64,000 nt of DNA from an uncultured Phycisphaerales bacterium (GCA_965369385.1 CBDUQP010000001.1:4628-68627); one strand, 5' to 3'. Numbered from the stretch's first letter, positions 38,839-49,800 are shown. Numbers and translations are program-made. The notes: a model not told the origin generated them from the sequence alone.

Positions 38839-40413
38839 ATGGGAGATAAACCACGTAAGAAACGCAAGTGGCTCAGGCGGATTGTTATCGCGATTGTCGT
38901 GCTGACGATTATCCTCGGCAGCGTGTGGGGATACTGGGCATACCAGTGCGCCTGCGCCGAAGCCGAAATCCAGGCATACCTCGACGAATGCCGCAAAGCA
39001 GGCCTCCCAGTTGACGATGATGACTTTCAGGCTACACCAATGCCCGATGAGGAGAACCTTGCTGTCATCTTCACCAATGCGGGCAAGAGCATCCCGACCA
39101 GCAGAAAGCAAAGGAATCTCCTGTTCCAATGGCGAAGAAGAGGGGTCGCCGAATACCTCGCTGTCTACCAGGCGTTAATCGCCGCCAATTCCAAAACGTT
39201 TGACATTCTCGCCAAATCAGAGGGATGCAGCGGCGTTGACTGGGGCTTCCAGATGCCACGCGAGCGGGAGGACAACCAAATGCCGGGGCGTCTGGCGATG
39301 AGGCTCGGAAGATTCCTTGGCGTGTCGGCGATATGCCACCATGCAAAAGGCAATGACGCCAGAGCCGTGGAGAGCCTGCATTATTCGCTCTCTCTTGCTG
39401 ACGCAGTTCGCCAATACCCGTCAACCGTCACATCGCACCTCGCCTACGCGATTGAGGAAATGATGTGTCGCGCCATCCAGCACATTATGGCAGACCTTAA
39501 TGTGGGACAATCAACGCGAACCGAAAAGTCTCAGCCTGCCCCCAAAGCCGCAGTCAAAAGGCTGATAGCAAATCTACTGGTCGATCAAGATATAAGGCGA
39601 TGCTACGCCCGCACATTACACGTCGAACGTATGTGGCAATTGGGCATGCTGCGTCACTTCTATGAGAATCTTGATGAACTTTCAGATGCTTATCGGCACA
39701 CAGGCTTCTTGCAATCTTCTCCAAAGACCTGGTGGACAAAGCTATTGGCGTTGGTCGGAAACGAACGCCCTTCATCCGGATATCTGGCTAGCCTGTGGTT
39801 CAAACCGGAACAATCGCGGGCTATGCTCAAGCTAATGAAGCGCACAGACTTGCATGCAGAGGCATTGAGCCAGCCTAACTGGCAACTGGCCTGCGCTCAT
39901 GTGCCTGAGTTCTCGTATTCCACCCCATCGGGAGATGATATCAAACGGAGAGGTATCAGCATAATGATGTCGGCGTATGCAGTACGACCAGATGACTTGC
40001 GGTTTGTATTTAGGACCATTGCACAGCGTCGCCTGACCGCTACTGCACTGGCAGTTCGGCTTTATGAGATTGACCATGGCAAACGCCCGGCGAAGCTGGA
40101 GCTGCTGGTCCCCAAATACCTGCCCGCAGTGCCCGACGACCCGTTCGCTCCCGTCGGAACGCCGCTGCAATACCGCCCCAACGCAAAGCATCCCATGCTT
40201 TACAGCCTCGGGCCGAACACCAAAGATGATGCCGGAGCGATGAGGCCAAAGGGCAAATCATGGGATGACGGCCCGTTCGACATCTGCGTATTCCTTGACG
40301 GATGGGATCCAAGAGAAGACATCCCTCTTGATCCCACAACCACTCAACCGGCTCAACAGTCCGGGCCATCATTCACGGGCATGCCGCCTGCTCCTGGCTC
40401 CACGCCCAAATAG
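38839..40413 (+). CDS. Hypothetical N-terminally membrane-anchored protein (524 aa), flanked by repeat copies A and B
   Basis: Basic N-terminus plus a single TM (KRKWLRRIVIAIVVLTIILGSVWGYWAY). The remainder is soluble with no recognisable motif. AGGAAG RBS before the ATG. Confidence 0.45.
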   Translation: MGDKPRKKRKWLRRIVIAIVVLTIILGSVWGYWAYQCACAEAEIQAYLDECRKAGLPVDDDDFQATPMPDEENLAVIFTNAGKSIPTSRKQRNLLFQWRRRGVAEYLAVYQALIAANSKTFDILAKSEGCSGVDWGFQMPREREDNQMPGRLAMRLGRFLGVSAICHHAKGNDARAVESLHYSLSLADAVRQYPSTVTSHLAYAIEEMMCRAIQHIMADLNVGQSTRTEKSQPAPKAAVKRLIANLLVDQDIRRCYARTLHVERMWQLGMLRHFYENLDELSDAYRHTGFLQSSPKTWWTKLLALVGNERPSSGYLASLWFKPEQSRAMLKLMKRTDLHAEALSQPNWQLACAHVPEFSYSTPSGDDIKRRGISIMMSAYAVRPDDLRFVFRTIAQRRLTATALAVRLYEIDHGKRPAKLELLVPKYLPAVPDDPFAPVGTPLQYRPNAKHPMLYSLGPNTKDDAGAMRPKGKSWDDGPFDICVFLDGWDPREDIPLDPTTTQPAQQSGPSFTGMPPAPGSTPK

Positions 40414-40430
40414 TGCATCAAACGCAAAAA

Positions 40431-40859
40431 CGGGACTGGCTCCAATGGCACTGCCGTCTGGTTTGGTTGTTTAGTCGTTTGGTTGTTTGGTCGTTTGGTT
40501 TAACCCCAACGGGGTGGCAAGCAGTTAGCCGGGGTTGAGCGAAGCGAGCCCCCGGAATAGAGCTCAAAAAACATCAGAACCCCGAAGGGGCCTGCCCGCC
40601 GGATGAGGAGGGTGGCAAGAGAAGTGTTTGCGTCGCATTGAGGTTCGAATCGGGCAACTCTTGTGCCAATTATTCGTGTCAATTCGCAAGTCAGCATCTC
40701 CCCCCGGCCCTTCGGGACGGGGAGTATAGAGATCTGTATCCGGGGGCTGCACCGCGACTTACGTCGCGGCTGACCCCCGGCTAACTGCCCATCGGACCTT
40801 CGGCCCGAACAACACAAAACGGCAAGAACAGACGGCAATGCCATTGATAGCAGTCCCCG
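40431..40859 (+). repeat. Copy B of the repeat family, complete, with about 29-nt imperfect terminal inverted repeats (MITE-like)
   Basis: Left end GGGACTGGCTCCAATGGCACTGCCGTCTG. Right end CAGACGGCAATGCCATTGATAGCAGTCCCC, its imperfect reverse complement. Internal (GGTTTGGTTGTTT)n tract and its complement near the right end. The 3' block is about 97% identical to copy A. Confidence 0.8.
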
Positions 40860-40944
40860 TTTTGCCCAAAAGTTTGTCGAGGGCTATTGACGCATCGGTG
40901 GTGCATCTGTATAGTATTTCGCTCCGCCGATTGGCGGGGATTAT

Positions 40945-41018
40945 GGTGGCTATAGCTCAGTTGGTAGAGCACCGCGTTGTGGTCGCGGGGGTCGCGGGTT
41001 CAAGCCCCGTTAGCCACC
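40945..41018 (+). tRNA. tRNA-His (anticodon GUG)
   Basis: Cloverleaf read by eye. G-1 plus acceptor GUGGCUA/UAGCCAC, discriminator C. D-arm GCUC-AGUUGGUA-GAGC. Anticodon stem CCGCG/CGCGG with loop UUGUGGU. T-arm GCGGG-UUCAAGC-CCCGU. No encoded CCA. Confidence 0.85.
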
Positions 41019-41023
41019 CTGAA

Positions 41024-41058
41024 GGGCCTGGAAGCGAGAGTTTTCAGGCCCTTTCTTT
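41024..41058 (+). terminator. Rho-independent terminator after tRNA-His, overlapping the convergent pflA stop
   Basis: GGGCCUG-(13 nt loop)-CAGGCCC followed by UUUCUUU. Confidence 0.6.
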
Positions 41059-41778
41059 ATGCGCAAGTAACAGCGACTCAAGAAGTTGCTGAAGCTCGGT
41101 CATCCTATCCGAATCAGCCGCCCGAACATCTGCCAGAGGATATTCACGCCCCAACTGCTCCCATTTGCCCCTCGCCATCGCGTGGTAAGCCAGCAGTTCG
41201 GCCTTGGCCAGGGTGCCCGCACCGGCCAGGAGTCCTGCCAGCATGCGGATATCAGCTTCATTATCATTCAGGCCGGGAACTATCACCTGACGCACCCAAA
41301 GCGGGATTCCCCGTCCGCACACTACCGCCATAAACTCCAGCGCCGTCGACAACTCCCCGCCCGACAACTCCTTGTAACGCTGCGGATCGGCGTGTTTTAT
41401 GTCCAGAATCACCAAACGGGTATAGTCCAGCACCCGCTGAACGTCGGCGTCCAAACGATAGCCAGCAGTATCCACTGCTGTGTGAATGCCCTCGGCCTGA
41501 CAGAGTCTCAGCACATCGGCTGCGAATTGCGCCTGCATCAGCGGCTCGCCGCCAGACAGCGTCACGCCGCCCTTTTCGCCGAAATACCTGCGATACTTCA
41601 TCACGCGACTGAGCACATCGGCTGCCGTCATCTCCTTGCCGCCTCGCGGATCCCATGTGTCGGGATTGTGACAGTACTGGCACCTCAGCGGGCAACCCTG
41701 TAGGAAAACCACGCACCGCAGGCCTGGCCCGTCAAGGGCACCAAGCGTCTCCACAGAATGCACGCGGCCGGTGGTCAT
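41044..41778 (-). CDS. pflA: Pyruvate formate-lyase activating enzyme (radical SAM)
   Basis: CxxxCxxC radical-SAM cluster motif CPLRCQYCHNPDTW. Conserved GGVTLSGGEP. Sits directly downstream of pflB on the same strand. Confidence 0.9.
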   Translation of the reverse strand: MTTGRVHSVETLGALDGPGLRCVVFLQGCPLRCQYCHNPDTWDPRGGKEMTAADVLSRVMKYRRYFGEKGGVTLSGGEPLMQAQFAADVLRLCQAEGIHTAVDTAGYRLDADVQRVLDYTRLVILDIKHADPQRYKELSGGELSTALEFMAVVCGRGIPLWVRQVIVPGLNDNEADIRMLAGLLAGAGTLAKAELLAYHAMARGKWEQLGREYPLADVRAADSDRMTELQQLLESLLLAHKERA

Positions 41779-41789
41779 GTCATTTCCTA

Positions 41790-42035
41790 ATTACTGGGCG
41801 ACACTTGAGGCAACTGTTCGTGTTAATCCGCAGGCACACATCTCCTCCTGCCCCTTCGGGGCGGGACTTTCTGGGGGCGTATTTGTCCGGGGGCTGCGCC
41901 GCGATAAACCCCGCGGCTTACCCCCGGCTAACTGCCCATCGGACCTTCGGCCCGAACGACAACAACCGGCAAACAAGAGACAACAACAACTGCGATGACA
42001 ACAACAACGAGGACACTGAATGCGATTGCCCTGTC
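41790..42035 (+). repeat. Copy C of the repeat family (3' half only, diverged)
   Basis: Contains the UUCG hairpin (CCUCCUGCCCCUUCGGGGCGGGA), the CCGGGGGCUGCGCCGCGAUAAACCCCGCGGCUUACCCCCGG hairpin, then CTAACTGCCCATCGGACCTTCGGCCCGAAC and an (ACAACAAC)n tract. Stem sequences differ from copies A and B but keep their pairing. Confidence 0.7.
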
Positions 42036-42037
42036 CC

Positions 42038-44269
42038 TTACACCTGCGAGTGGAAGGTCCTGGAAATTACTTCTTCCTGCTGCTCGCGGTTGAGCTTGTG
42101 GAAGTTCACCGCGTATCCGGAAACGCGAATCGTCAAATTAGGATACTTCTCCGGATTCGCCATCGCGTCGACCAGTAACTCGCGGTCGACAACGTTGATA
42201 TTCACGTGATGCCCGCCCTGGGCAAAGTATCCGTCAAGCACACCTACCAAATTTCCGCGCTGCTCGGGCAGTGCCTTGCCGAGCGTCGCCGGCGTAATAC
42301 TGAACGTACATGATATCCCGTCACGGCATGCATCGTAGGGTATCTTGGCGACCGAATTCAGCGACGCCAGCACACCGTGGCAGTCTCGCCCGTGCATGGG
42401 GTTGGCGCCGGGTGCAAAAGGCTGACCGTATTTCCTACCGTCCGGCGTTGAACCAGTCTTCTTTCCGTAAACCACGTTCGAAGTAATCGTAAGTATCGAA
42501 AGCGTGTGCTCGGCGTTTCGATAGGCGGGCGTCTTCTTTAACGATGCAAGGAAGTCTTCAACAAGAGTCGCAGCGATAAGGTCAACGTCGTCCTCATCGT
42601 TACCGAACGTCGGAAACTCGCCTGCGATTTCGAATTCCTTCACCAGTCCCGATTCGTCCTTCACGGGCATGACACTGGCATATTTGATCGCGCTGAACGA
42701 ATCGGCCACCACCGAAAGCCCCGCGATTCCAAACGCCATGAACCTGTCAACCTGCGTATCGTGCAGGCCCATCTCCAGCTTCTCGTAGGCGTAACGGTCG
42801 TGCATGAAGTGGATGATATTCATCGCGTTGACATACACCTTGCACAGCCAGTCGCGATAGAAATCAAACCGCCTCGACACTTCATCATAATCCAGCGGGC
42901 CATCGCCAATAGGCTCCATCTGGGGGCCGATTTGCTGACCAGTCAACTCGTCCCTACCGCCATTTATCGCCATCAGCAGTGTCTTGGGCAGATTACATCT
43001 CGCGCCGAAGAACTGCATCTGCTTACCGAGAGTCATCGCAGATACGCAGCACGCTATACCGTAATCGTCGCCATACACCGGCCTCATCAAATCGTCATTC
43101 TCGTACTGGATGGACGCGGTATCGATAGACACCTTCGCACAGTAACTCTTGAACGCATCGCTGAGGCGTTCGGACCAGAGCACGGTCAGATTCGGTTCCG
43201 GGTTGGGCCCGAGGTTATATAGCGTGTGAAGCATTCGGAAGGATGTCCTGGTAACGAGCGGCCGCGAGTCTTCGCCCATCCCGCCTACCGACTCGGTAAT
43301 CCACGTGGGGTCACCTGCGAAAAGTTCGTTATATTCCGGCGTGCGAAGCTGGCGAGCCATTCGCAGCTTCATCACGAAATCGTCGATGATTTCCTGCACG
43401 CCGGATTCATCAAGCGTGCCCTCAGCGAGATCTCGCTGAAAGAAAATATCCAGGAACGTGCTGACCCGCCCGAGCGACATCGCGGCCCCGTTCTGTTCCT
43501 TGATCGCACCGAGATAGGCAAAGTACACCCACTGCACAGCCTCGCGTGCATTGCGGGCAGGTGCGGAAATATCGATACCGTAAATCTCGGCCATCTGATT
43601 AAGCATTCGCAGGAAGTTAAGCTGCTTTGTGATCTCTTCCAGCAGGCGAATGTTCTCTTCGGACATATCCTGTAGGCCAAGTTCGGCGTGATCGTTCTCT
43701 TTGCACTCAATAATGCGATCTACGCCGTAGAGGGCAACTCGGCGGTAGTCACCGATAATTCGGCCTCGTCCGTAGGAATCGGGCAGGCCGGTTATCACGC
43801 CGGATTTGCGGGCCCGCCTTATCTCCTCGGTGTAAGCCCGGAAGACGCCGTCGTTGTGTGTGCTTCGATAGGCGAAGATGCCCTCGATCTTATCGTCAAC
43901 CTTGTAGCCGTATGCCTCGCACGCCCTGCGGGCCAGCCGCATCCCGCCAAATGGGTTGAGACTGCGTTTGAGGGGGCTATCGGTCTGGAGGCCGACAATT
44001 ATCTCGCGATCCTTGTCAAGATACCCCGGTTCGTAGGTGAGCAGTGACGATATGTGCTCGGTGTCTATAGACAGCACACCGCCACGCTCACGTTCGAGCT
44101 GCTCAAGGGCGGCGAGTTTGCCCATGAGCCCTCGCGTGCGGTCGGTGGGACCGGCGAGGAAAGACTCATCGCCATCGTAAGGTGTGTAGTTGTTCTGGAT
44201 GAAGTCGCGAACGTCAATCTGACGCTGCCACGTTCCATCGACAAAGTTTCGCCAGGCATCGTTTACCAT
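42038..44269 (-). CDS. pflB: Formate C-acetyltransferase (pyruvate formate-lyase)
   Basis: Glycyl-radical motif RVSGYAV near the C-terminus. Active-site region with adjacent cysteines (GIACCVSA). The N-terminus [42 protein letters not shown] aligns with E. coli PflB residues 1-50. Start moved from 44353 to ATG 44269. Confidence 0.9.
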   Translation of the reverse strand: MVNDAWRNFVDGTWQRQIDVRDFIQNNYTPYDGDESFLAGPTDRTRGLMGKLAALEQLERERGGVLSIDTEHISSLLTYEPGYLDKDREIIVGLQTDSPLKRSLNPFGGMRLARRACEAYGYKVDDKIEGIFAYRSTHNDGVFRAYTEEIRRARKSGVITGLPDSYGRGRIIGDYRRVALYGVDRIIECKENDHAELGLQDMSEENIRLLEEITKQLNFLRMLNQMAEIYGIDISAPARNAREAVQWVYFAYLGAIKEQNGAAMSLGRVSTFLDIFFQRDLAEGTLDESGVQEIIDDFVMKLRMARQLRTPEYNELFAGDPTWITESVGGMGEDSRPLVTRTSFRMLHTLYNLGPNPEPNLTVLWSERLSDAFKSYCAKVSIDTASIQYENDDLMRPVYGDDYGIACCVSAMTLGKQMQFFGARCNLPKTLLMAINGGRDELTGQQIGPQMEPIGDGPLDYDEVSRRFDFYRDWLCKVYVNAMNIIHFMHDRYAYEKLEMGLHDTQVDRFMAFGIAGLSVVADSFSAIKYASVMPVKDESGLVKEFEIAGEFPTFGNDEDDVDLIAATLVEDFLASLKKTPAYRNAEHTLSILTITSNVVYGKKTGSTPDGRKYGQPFAPGANPMHGRDCHGVLASLNSVAKIPYDACRDGISCTFSITPATLGKALPEQRGNLVGVLDGYFAQGGHHVNINVVDRELLVDAMANPEKYPNLTIRVSGYAVNFHKLNREQQEEVISRTFHSQV

Positions 44270-44487
44270 TGCTGAATCTCCAAAATATGGGGAAATTGGA
44301 AAACTCACTGCAACAGCCGCCCGGAAATGAAAAACGCCCGGACATACCATCACATGCCCAGGCGGTCGGCAAAACTCTCTAATTACCTCGATCCCTTGTG
44401 GTTATGCCCACAATAAATCCGCCAGTCTCAAGGTAAGCTTTGTTCGTACTGTATTATAGGCACCCCCGCAGCAGCGTTCAAGACCCA

Positions 44488-44562
44488 TTAAACTAGGGAC
44501 GGTGCCCTATTTAATTCCAATTCAGGTTATTCCTATTTAAATAAGGCACCGTCCCTAGTTTA
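44488..44562. promoter_or_regulatory. 25-bp near-perfect inverted repeat with about 23-nt spacer, between the membrane-protein gene stop and the pflB upstream region
   Basis: TAAACTAGGGACGGTGCCCTATTTAA ...23 nt... TTAAATAAGGCACCGTCCCTAGTTTA, with one mismatch. No U-tract follows on either strand. Confidence 0.5.
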
Positions 44563-44572
44563 AGGATGCGGA

Positions 44573-45346
44573 TCAGTCCTTCAGTTCATCGGGAATCGCC
44601 GGATCGTCAGCCAGCGGAACTTCGCCGACAGCTTCTATCGGGATCGGGACCACGGGGGTTCCGCTGCTGCGATAGAATCCGCGAGAGAACTTCACCTGCA
44701 CCACCAGCCACACCAGCAACGCCACCACAGGCACCGCCAGGAATCGCCCGTAGTAGATCACGTGCTCGATCGGCTCGCTATCGGCGGTAAGGGAAATGCT
44801 GGCTGCGATGATAGCGTCCAGCGTGTACAATCCGCCCATCTCGCCAGCCATGTTCAGGACTTCGTTCCACGAAATGAGCATCGCCAACAATACGATGCCC
44901 CACAAAGACGCGCTGACAAAGCCGGATATTCCGCCGGTGCGTTCCAGTATCGCAAGTTGCGTACCAAAGACGAGAATCAACAGCAATATCACCGCACTGA
45001 CCACCGCCAGGAACTTGGTTGCAGGCAGTATCCAACTCAGGATGCCCTGCCAACTCTCAGCCACCTTAAGTGGAGCGGACATCGCATCTACATCGTCGCC
45101 GATGGCTGGGGATTGAACTGCGGGCATAGCCTTGATAACGTCATCGGCCCGTTGGGTTGCAGCCTCCTGCACCGACACGTGCTGGAGCGGGTCGAGCAGG
45201 CCGACAAATCTGACCAGAACGAAGCCCGTCAACTGAGTGACGATGCAGATGGCGATCACCATCGAGAAGAAGTTCTTGCCCGCCCGGATCGAACGAAAAG
45301 CTGTATCAAACTCGGGTTCCGGACGCATATATCGTGACTGTTCCAC
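44573..45346 (-). CDS. Hypothetical integral membrane protein (about 5 TM)
   Basis: Hydropathy only: FFSMVIAICIVTQLTGFVLV, FLAVVSAVILLLILVFG, LWGIVLLAMLISW, FLAVPVVALLVWLVVQV. Confidence 0.45.
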   Translation of the reverse strand: MEQSRYMRPEPEFDTAFRSIRAGKNFFSMVIAICIVTQLTGFVLVRFVGLLDPLQHVSVQEAATQRADDVIKAMPAVQSPAIGDDVDAMSAPLKVAESWQGILSWILPATKFLAVVSAVILLLILVFGTQLAILERTGGISGFVSASLWGIVLLAMLISWNEVLNMAGEMGGLYTLDAIIAASISLTADSEPIEHVIYYGRFLAVPVVALLVWLVVQVKFSRGFYRSSGTPVVPIPIEAVGEVPLADDPAIPDELKD

Positions 45347-45444
45347 TTTCTTCTCCGGTCATATCTCTAGAAGATCTCTGAATGCAAGTATCGGACTGTC
45401 TATCAATCAGACTCTAACTACTGATATCGGACCCGAAACGCCTT

Positions 45445-46764
45445 CTACATGAGCAAAGCCGCCTCTTTGAACGCCTCAGCGGCCGCCTTTATCGTGATAT
45501 CTATGTCCTCGTCACTGTGGGCAGCCGACACGAACATGGTCTCAAACTGGCTGGGAGCTATGTATATTCCCGAGGCCAGCATCGACTGAAAATACGCGCC
45601 GAATGCATCGAGATTGCTTTCAGCGGAAGAATCGTAGTCGACCACCGGTCCGCTGGTGAAGAAACACCCCAGCAAGCTCCCGATACGATTAAAGCATACC
45701 TTGCCTCCAAGCCCTGCCTCTATAACAGCCTCCTGCATGCCTGCATTCAACTCGGCGGCTTTGTGTTCCAGGAGAGAATAGAACCCCTCTTCGGAAAGCT
45801 CGCTCAACATCGCCAGCCCACCGGCCATCGAGGCAGGATTGCCCGAAAGCGTGCCCGCCTGGTAAACATCACCATCCGGCGCCAAATGTGACATAATGCC
45901 AGCCGACGCGCCAAACGCGCCAACAGGCATGCCCCCGCCTATTATCTTGCCTAGTACAGTAATGTCGGCGTCAATATCGTACAGCTCCTGGGCGCCACCG
46001 TAGGCTATTCGAAATCCGGTGATTACCTCATCGAAGATCAGCAACACGCCGCGAGCACTACAAATATCCCGAAGGCCCTGCAAGTATCCCTCTGCGGGGG
46101 GAACAACGCCCATATTGCCGGCGATGGGTTCCACAATAATCCCCGCAACCTCGCCCAAATTCGCATCCAGCAAGGCCTCTACGGCGGGCAAGTCATTGTA
46201 GGGAGCAGTAAGCGTGTCGGCCGCCGAGCCCTTGGTAATGCCCGGGCCGGAGGGCAAGCCCAAAGTAGCCACCCCACTACCCGCAGCCACCAGCATGGAA
46301 TCGCAATGCCCGTGATAACATCCGATGCATTTGATTATCTTGTCCCTACCGGTCACACCGCGAGCAAGGCGAATAGCGCTCATTGCCGCTTCAGTGCCAC
46401 TGGAAACAAAGCGGACTTTCTCGATCGATCTGAATGCCCGGACAACGGCCTCGGCGAGACGGGTCTCTATCTCAGTTGGCCCGCCATAGCTGACGCCCCG
46501 CAGCACCGCTTTGTTTATGGCGGTCATTACGGTGTCATGTGCGTGGCCTAGTATGTTTGGACCGTACCCGCAGACATAATCGATGTACCGGTTCTCGTCG
46601 ATATCGGTGATGCATGATCCGATGCCCTTGAGAATTACCGGAGGAATCCCGCCGACGGCCTTGAACGCGCGCACAGGCGAATTAACCCCGCCCGGAAGCA
46701 CGTTTTGTGCACGCTCAAAAGCAAGTTCGGATTTATGAATTCTTCTACCCATCTGAAACCCCAT
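45445..46764 (-). CDS. hemL: Glutamate-1-semialdehyde 2,1-aminomutase
   Basis: VLPGGVNSPVRAF near the N-terminus. PLP-lysine region ITVLGKIIGGGMPVGAFG. Aminotransferase class III fold motifs. Confidence 0.9.
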   Translation of the reverse strand: MGFQMGRRIHKSELAFERAQNVLPGGVNSPVRAFKAVGGIPPVILKGIGSCITDIDENRYIDYVCGYGPNILGHAHDTVMTAINKAVLRGVSYGGPTEIETRLAEAVVRAFRSIEKVRFVSSGTEAAMSAIRLARGVTGRDKIIKCIGCYHGHCDSMLVAAGSGVATLGLPSGPGITKGSAADTLTAPYNDLPAVEALLDANLGEVAGIIVEPIAGNMGVVPPAEGYLQGLRDICSARGVLLIFDEVITGFRIAYGGAQELYDIDADITVLGKIIGGGMPVGAFGASAGIMSHLAPDGDVYQAGTLSGNPASMAGGLAMLSELSEEGFYSLLEHKAAELNAGMQEAVIEAGLGGKVCFNRIGSLLGCFFTSGPVVDYDSSAESNLDAFGAYFQSMLASGIYIAPSQFETMFVSAAHSDEDIDITIKAAAEAFKEAALLM

Positions 46765-46820
46765 ATCTTCACCCGAAGTCCGAAGAACACCCGGGCGAAG
46801 GGCGTTTATGTTTTGCCAAC

Positions 46821-49610
46821 CTATTTCACAACCAGGTTCACCAAGCGACCGGGAACCACAATCTCCTTGACTATATTCTTGCCTTCAATTGCCGAAGCAA
46901 CCTTATCTTCCAACTTTGCCAAAGCAAGAATTGCATCCTTATCACTGTCGGCGGGCACTTCAATCTTGCATCGCATCTTACCGTTAACCTGGACCGCCAA
47001 CTCAACAGTATCACTCTTGAGCATATCCTCATCATAGGTAGGCCAAGGTTGATATGTTACCGAATCGCTCTCGCCAAGTGCCTGCCACAATTCCTCGCCT
47101 ATGTGTGGTGCCATCGGGCTAAGTACCTGCACGAACCGCCCGGCCTGTGATTTGCTGATCTTACCAACGCGGAAGACCGCGTTAACAAATTCCATGAGGG
47201 CAGCGATAGCGGTGTTGAACTTCATCGCGTCGTAATCGTCGCCGACCTTCTTAATAACCTTGTGCAGTTCGCGTTCGATGCTCTCGTCGCCGTCATCATC
47301 CACGAGCAACGAAGCAACATCCTCGTCACCCACAATCATGCGCCATGACCTGCCGAGGAAGCGGAACACGCCGGGCACGTCCTGGGTATTCCACGGTTTG
47401 GATGCCTCCAGCGGGCCCATGAACATCTCGTACAGGCGGAACGTGTCGGCCCCGTATTGTCCGATCACCTCATCGGGGTTAACCACATTCTTGAGACTCT
47501 TTGACATCTTCTCAACCGATTCGACGAGCTGCTCACCGGTCTGCTTGTGGACAGGCTTTCCATCGCTGAGATCAACATCATCATAGCCAACACACATACC
47601 GCGGCTGTCACGATAGGCGAAACTGCGGATCATGCCCTGGTTGAAGAGCTTGCCGAACGGTTCGCGAGTGGTGACGCAGCCGAGATCGAACAACACCTTG
47701 TGCCAGAACCTCGCATAGAGCAGATGGAGAACCGCGTGCTCTGCCCCACCGACATACAAGTCCACGCCGCCGGCTGGGTTCATCTCACTGGGTGCCATCC
47801 AGTAGTTTTCTATGTCAGGATCGCAGAACACGTTGTCATTTTTTGGATCCAGATACCGCAGGTAATACCAGCACGAACCCGCCCACTGCGGCATGGTATT
47901 CAGTTCGCGTCTGGCCTTGCCGCCACATGCGGGACACGTGGTTGATATCCAGTCAGTTACCTTGCCCAATGGAGGGGTAGGCGGCGCGTTGGGATCGTCA
48001 CTCATCGCGGGAGCGTAATCCTCCATTTCCGGCAGTTCGAGCGGCAAGTCTTCGTCAGTCAGGCCGACAGTACCGCAGCACTTGCAGTGCATGATCGGGA
48101 ACGGTTCGCCCCAGTATCGCTGGCGGCTGAACAGCCAGTCGCGGAGCTTATAGTTGACGGCTGCCTCGCCGAGTGAATTTTCATCAAGCCACTGCGTAAT
48201 CTTCGCCTTGAATTCCGAGGTAGACAGCCCGTCATACTCACCGGAGTTAATCGCGATCCCATCACCGGTGTATCCCTTCCAGTCTTCGCCCTGGGGTGGG
48301 GCAACTACCTGGATAATCGGGAGATCGAAAGCGGTGGCGAAATCGAAGTCTCGTGTATCATGGGCGGGCACAGCCATGATGGCACCGGTACCGTAACCCA
48401 TCATCACATAATCCGCCACCCATACGGGGATCTTCTCGTCATTCACGGGGTTGATCGCATATGTGCCGGTGAACACACCGCTCTTTTCCTTGGCATCGGC
48501 CGACCGCTCTATTTCGGATTTGGACGAAGCCAGCTCTTTGTAGGCCTCTACGGCGGCTTTCTGCTCGGCGGTGGTAATCTGATCAACGAATTGGTGCTCC
48601 GGCGCAAGCACCATATAGGTAGCGCCGAAGAGCGTATCTGGGCGCGTTGTATATACACGAAGCAGTTCATCACAGCCGTCAATGGCGAAATCAACCTCGG
48701 CACCTTCAGACTTGCCAATCCAGTTTCGCTGCATAATCTTGACCGATTCCGGCCAATCCACATCTTCGATGTCTTCCAGAAGGCGGTCCGCATAGGACGT
48801 AATCCGCAGCATCCACTGCTTCAAGTTGCGTCGGAATACCGGATAGTTCCCGCGCTCACTGCGGCCCTCGTTTGTTACTTCCTCATTCGAGAGTACCGTG
48901 CCCATCGCCGGGCACCAGTTCACCGGAACCTCATCCATAAACGCCAACCGCTGCTCATCCACGACGCGGCGTTTCTGGTCGGCCTCAAGTTCGGTAAACT
49001 TCATATGTCCGCACGGAGGGCCGGTGACCACTTCAACATCCACAGCCGTGTCACGGGGAGATACCCCACCGTCGAGGTCCACAACGTACTGTCCGCTCTC
49101 GAGCTTGTCGACCAGGTCGCTTATCGGACAGGCCGCACCAACTTCGGGATCGTACCAACTGTTGAACAGACGCAGGAATATCCACTGTGTCCAGCGGTAA
49201 TAATCCACGTCGGTAGTGCTCACGCGGCGGGTCCAGTCATAGGAGAAACCAAACATCTTGATCTGACGTTCGATGTTGGCGATGTTCTTTTCGGTCGTCG
49301 AGCGAGGATGCACACCGTGCTCCACGGCATACTGCTCAGCCGGCAGACCAAATGCATCATAACCCATGGGATGCAAAACATTAAAACCCTTCATGCGGGC
49401 ATGTCGGCAGACAATATCCGTAGCGGTATAGCCTTCCGGATGTCCCACGTGCAGCCCCGCACCGCTGGGGTAGGGGAACATGTCGAGCACGTACATCTTG
49501 GGCTTGTCCTCGAAACCTTCGTCGCCGGGATTCGGCTGAACGAACGTTCCGTTTTCTTCCCAATACTTCTGCCACTTGGCCTCGATGGCTGTGAAATCGT
49601 AACCGGCCAT
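46821..49610 (-). CDS. leuS: Leucine--tRNA ligase
   Basis: HIGH-type motif [21 protein letters not shown] motif [11 protein letters not shown], a large editing-domain insert, 929 aa. Confidence 0.95.
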   Translation of the reverse strand: MAGYDFTAIEAKWQKYWEENGTFVQPNPGDEGFEDKPKMYVLDMFPYPSGAGLHVGHPEGYTATDIVCRHARMKGFNVLHPMGYDAFGLPAEQYAVEHGVHPRSTTEKNIANIERQIKMFGFSYDWTRRVSTTDVDYYRWTQWIFLRLFNSWYDPEVGAACPISDLVDKLESGQYVVDLDGGVSPRDTAVDVEVVTGPPCGHMKFTELEADQKRRVVDEQRLAFMDEVPVNWCPAMGTVLSNEEVTNEGRSERGNYPVFRRNLKQWMLRITSYADRLLEDIEDVDWPESVKIMQRNWIGKSEGAEVDFAIDGCDELLRVYTTRPDTLFGATYMVLAPEHQFVDQITTAEQKAAVEAYKELASSKSEIERSADAKEKSGVFTGTYAINPVNDEKIPVWVADYVMMGYGTGAIMAVPAHDTRDFDFATAFDLPIIQVVAPPQGEDWKGYTGDGIAINSGEYDGLSTSEFKAKITQWLDENSLGEAAVNYKLRDWLFSRQRYWGEPFPIMHCKCCGTVGLTDEDLPLELPEMEDYAPAMSDDPNAPPTPPLGKVTDWISTTCPACGGKARRELNTMPQWAGSCWYYLRYLDPKNDNVFCDPDIENYWMAPSEMNPAGGVDLYVGGAEHAVLHLLYARFWHKVLFDLGCVTTREPFGKLFNQGMIRSFAYRDSRGMCVGYDDVDLSDGKPVHKQTGEQLVESVEKMSKSLKNVVNPDEVIGQYGADTFRLYEMFMGPLEASKPWNTQDVPGVFRFLGRSWRMIVGDEDVASLLVDDDGDESIERELHKVIKKVGDDYDAMKFNTAIAALMEFVNAVFRVGKISKSQAGRFVQVLSPMAPHIGEELWQALGESDSVTYQPWPTYDEDMLKSDTVELAVQVNGKMRCKIEVPADSDKDAILALAKLEDKVASAIEGKNIVKEIVVPGRLVNLVVK

Positions 49611-49800
49611 AGGTATCTCCTGTCAGCGTTCCGCGCGTAATTGTCGCACTATCATATAATAAGGAACTTACTTTCTACGCAACCGCCCCCGGGAAGTCAA
49701 GGAACCCGGTGAACCTGCAATCATGCAATAGCGTAGTGTGCGACTTTTTTGAGTGGCGATTTGCAACCACTTCTACAACAGATAGATAAACATAGTATTT

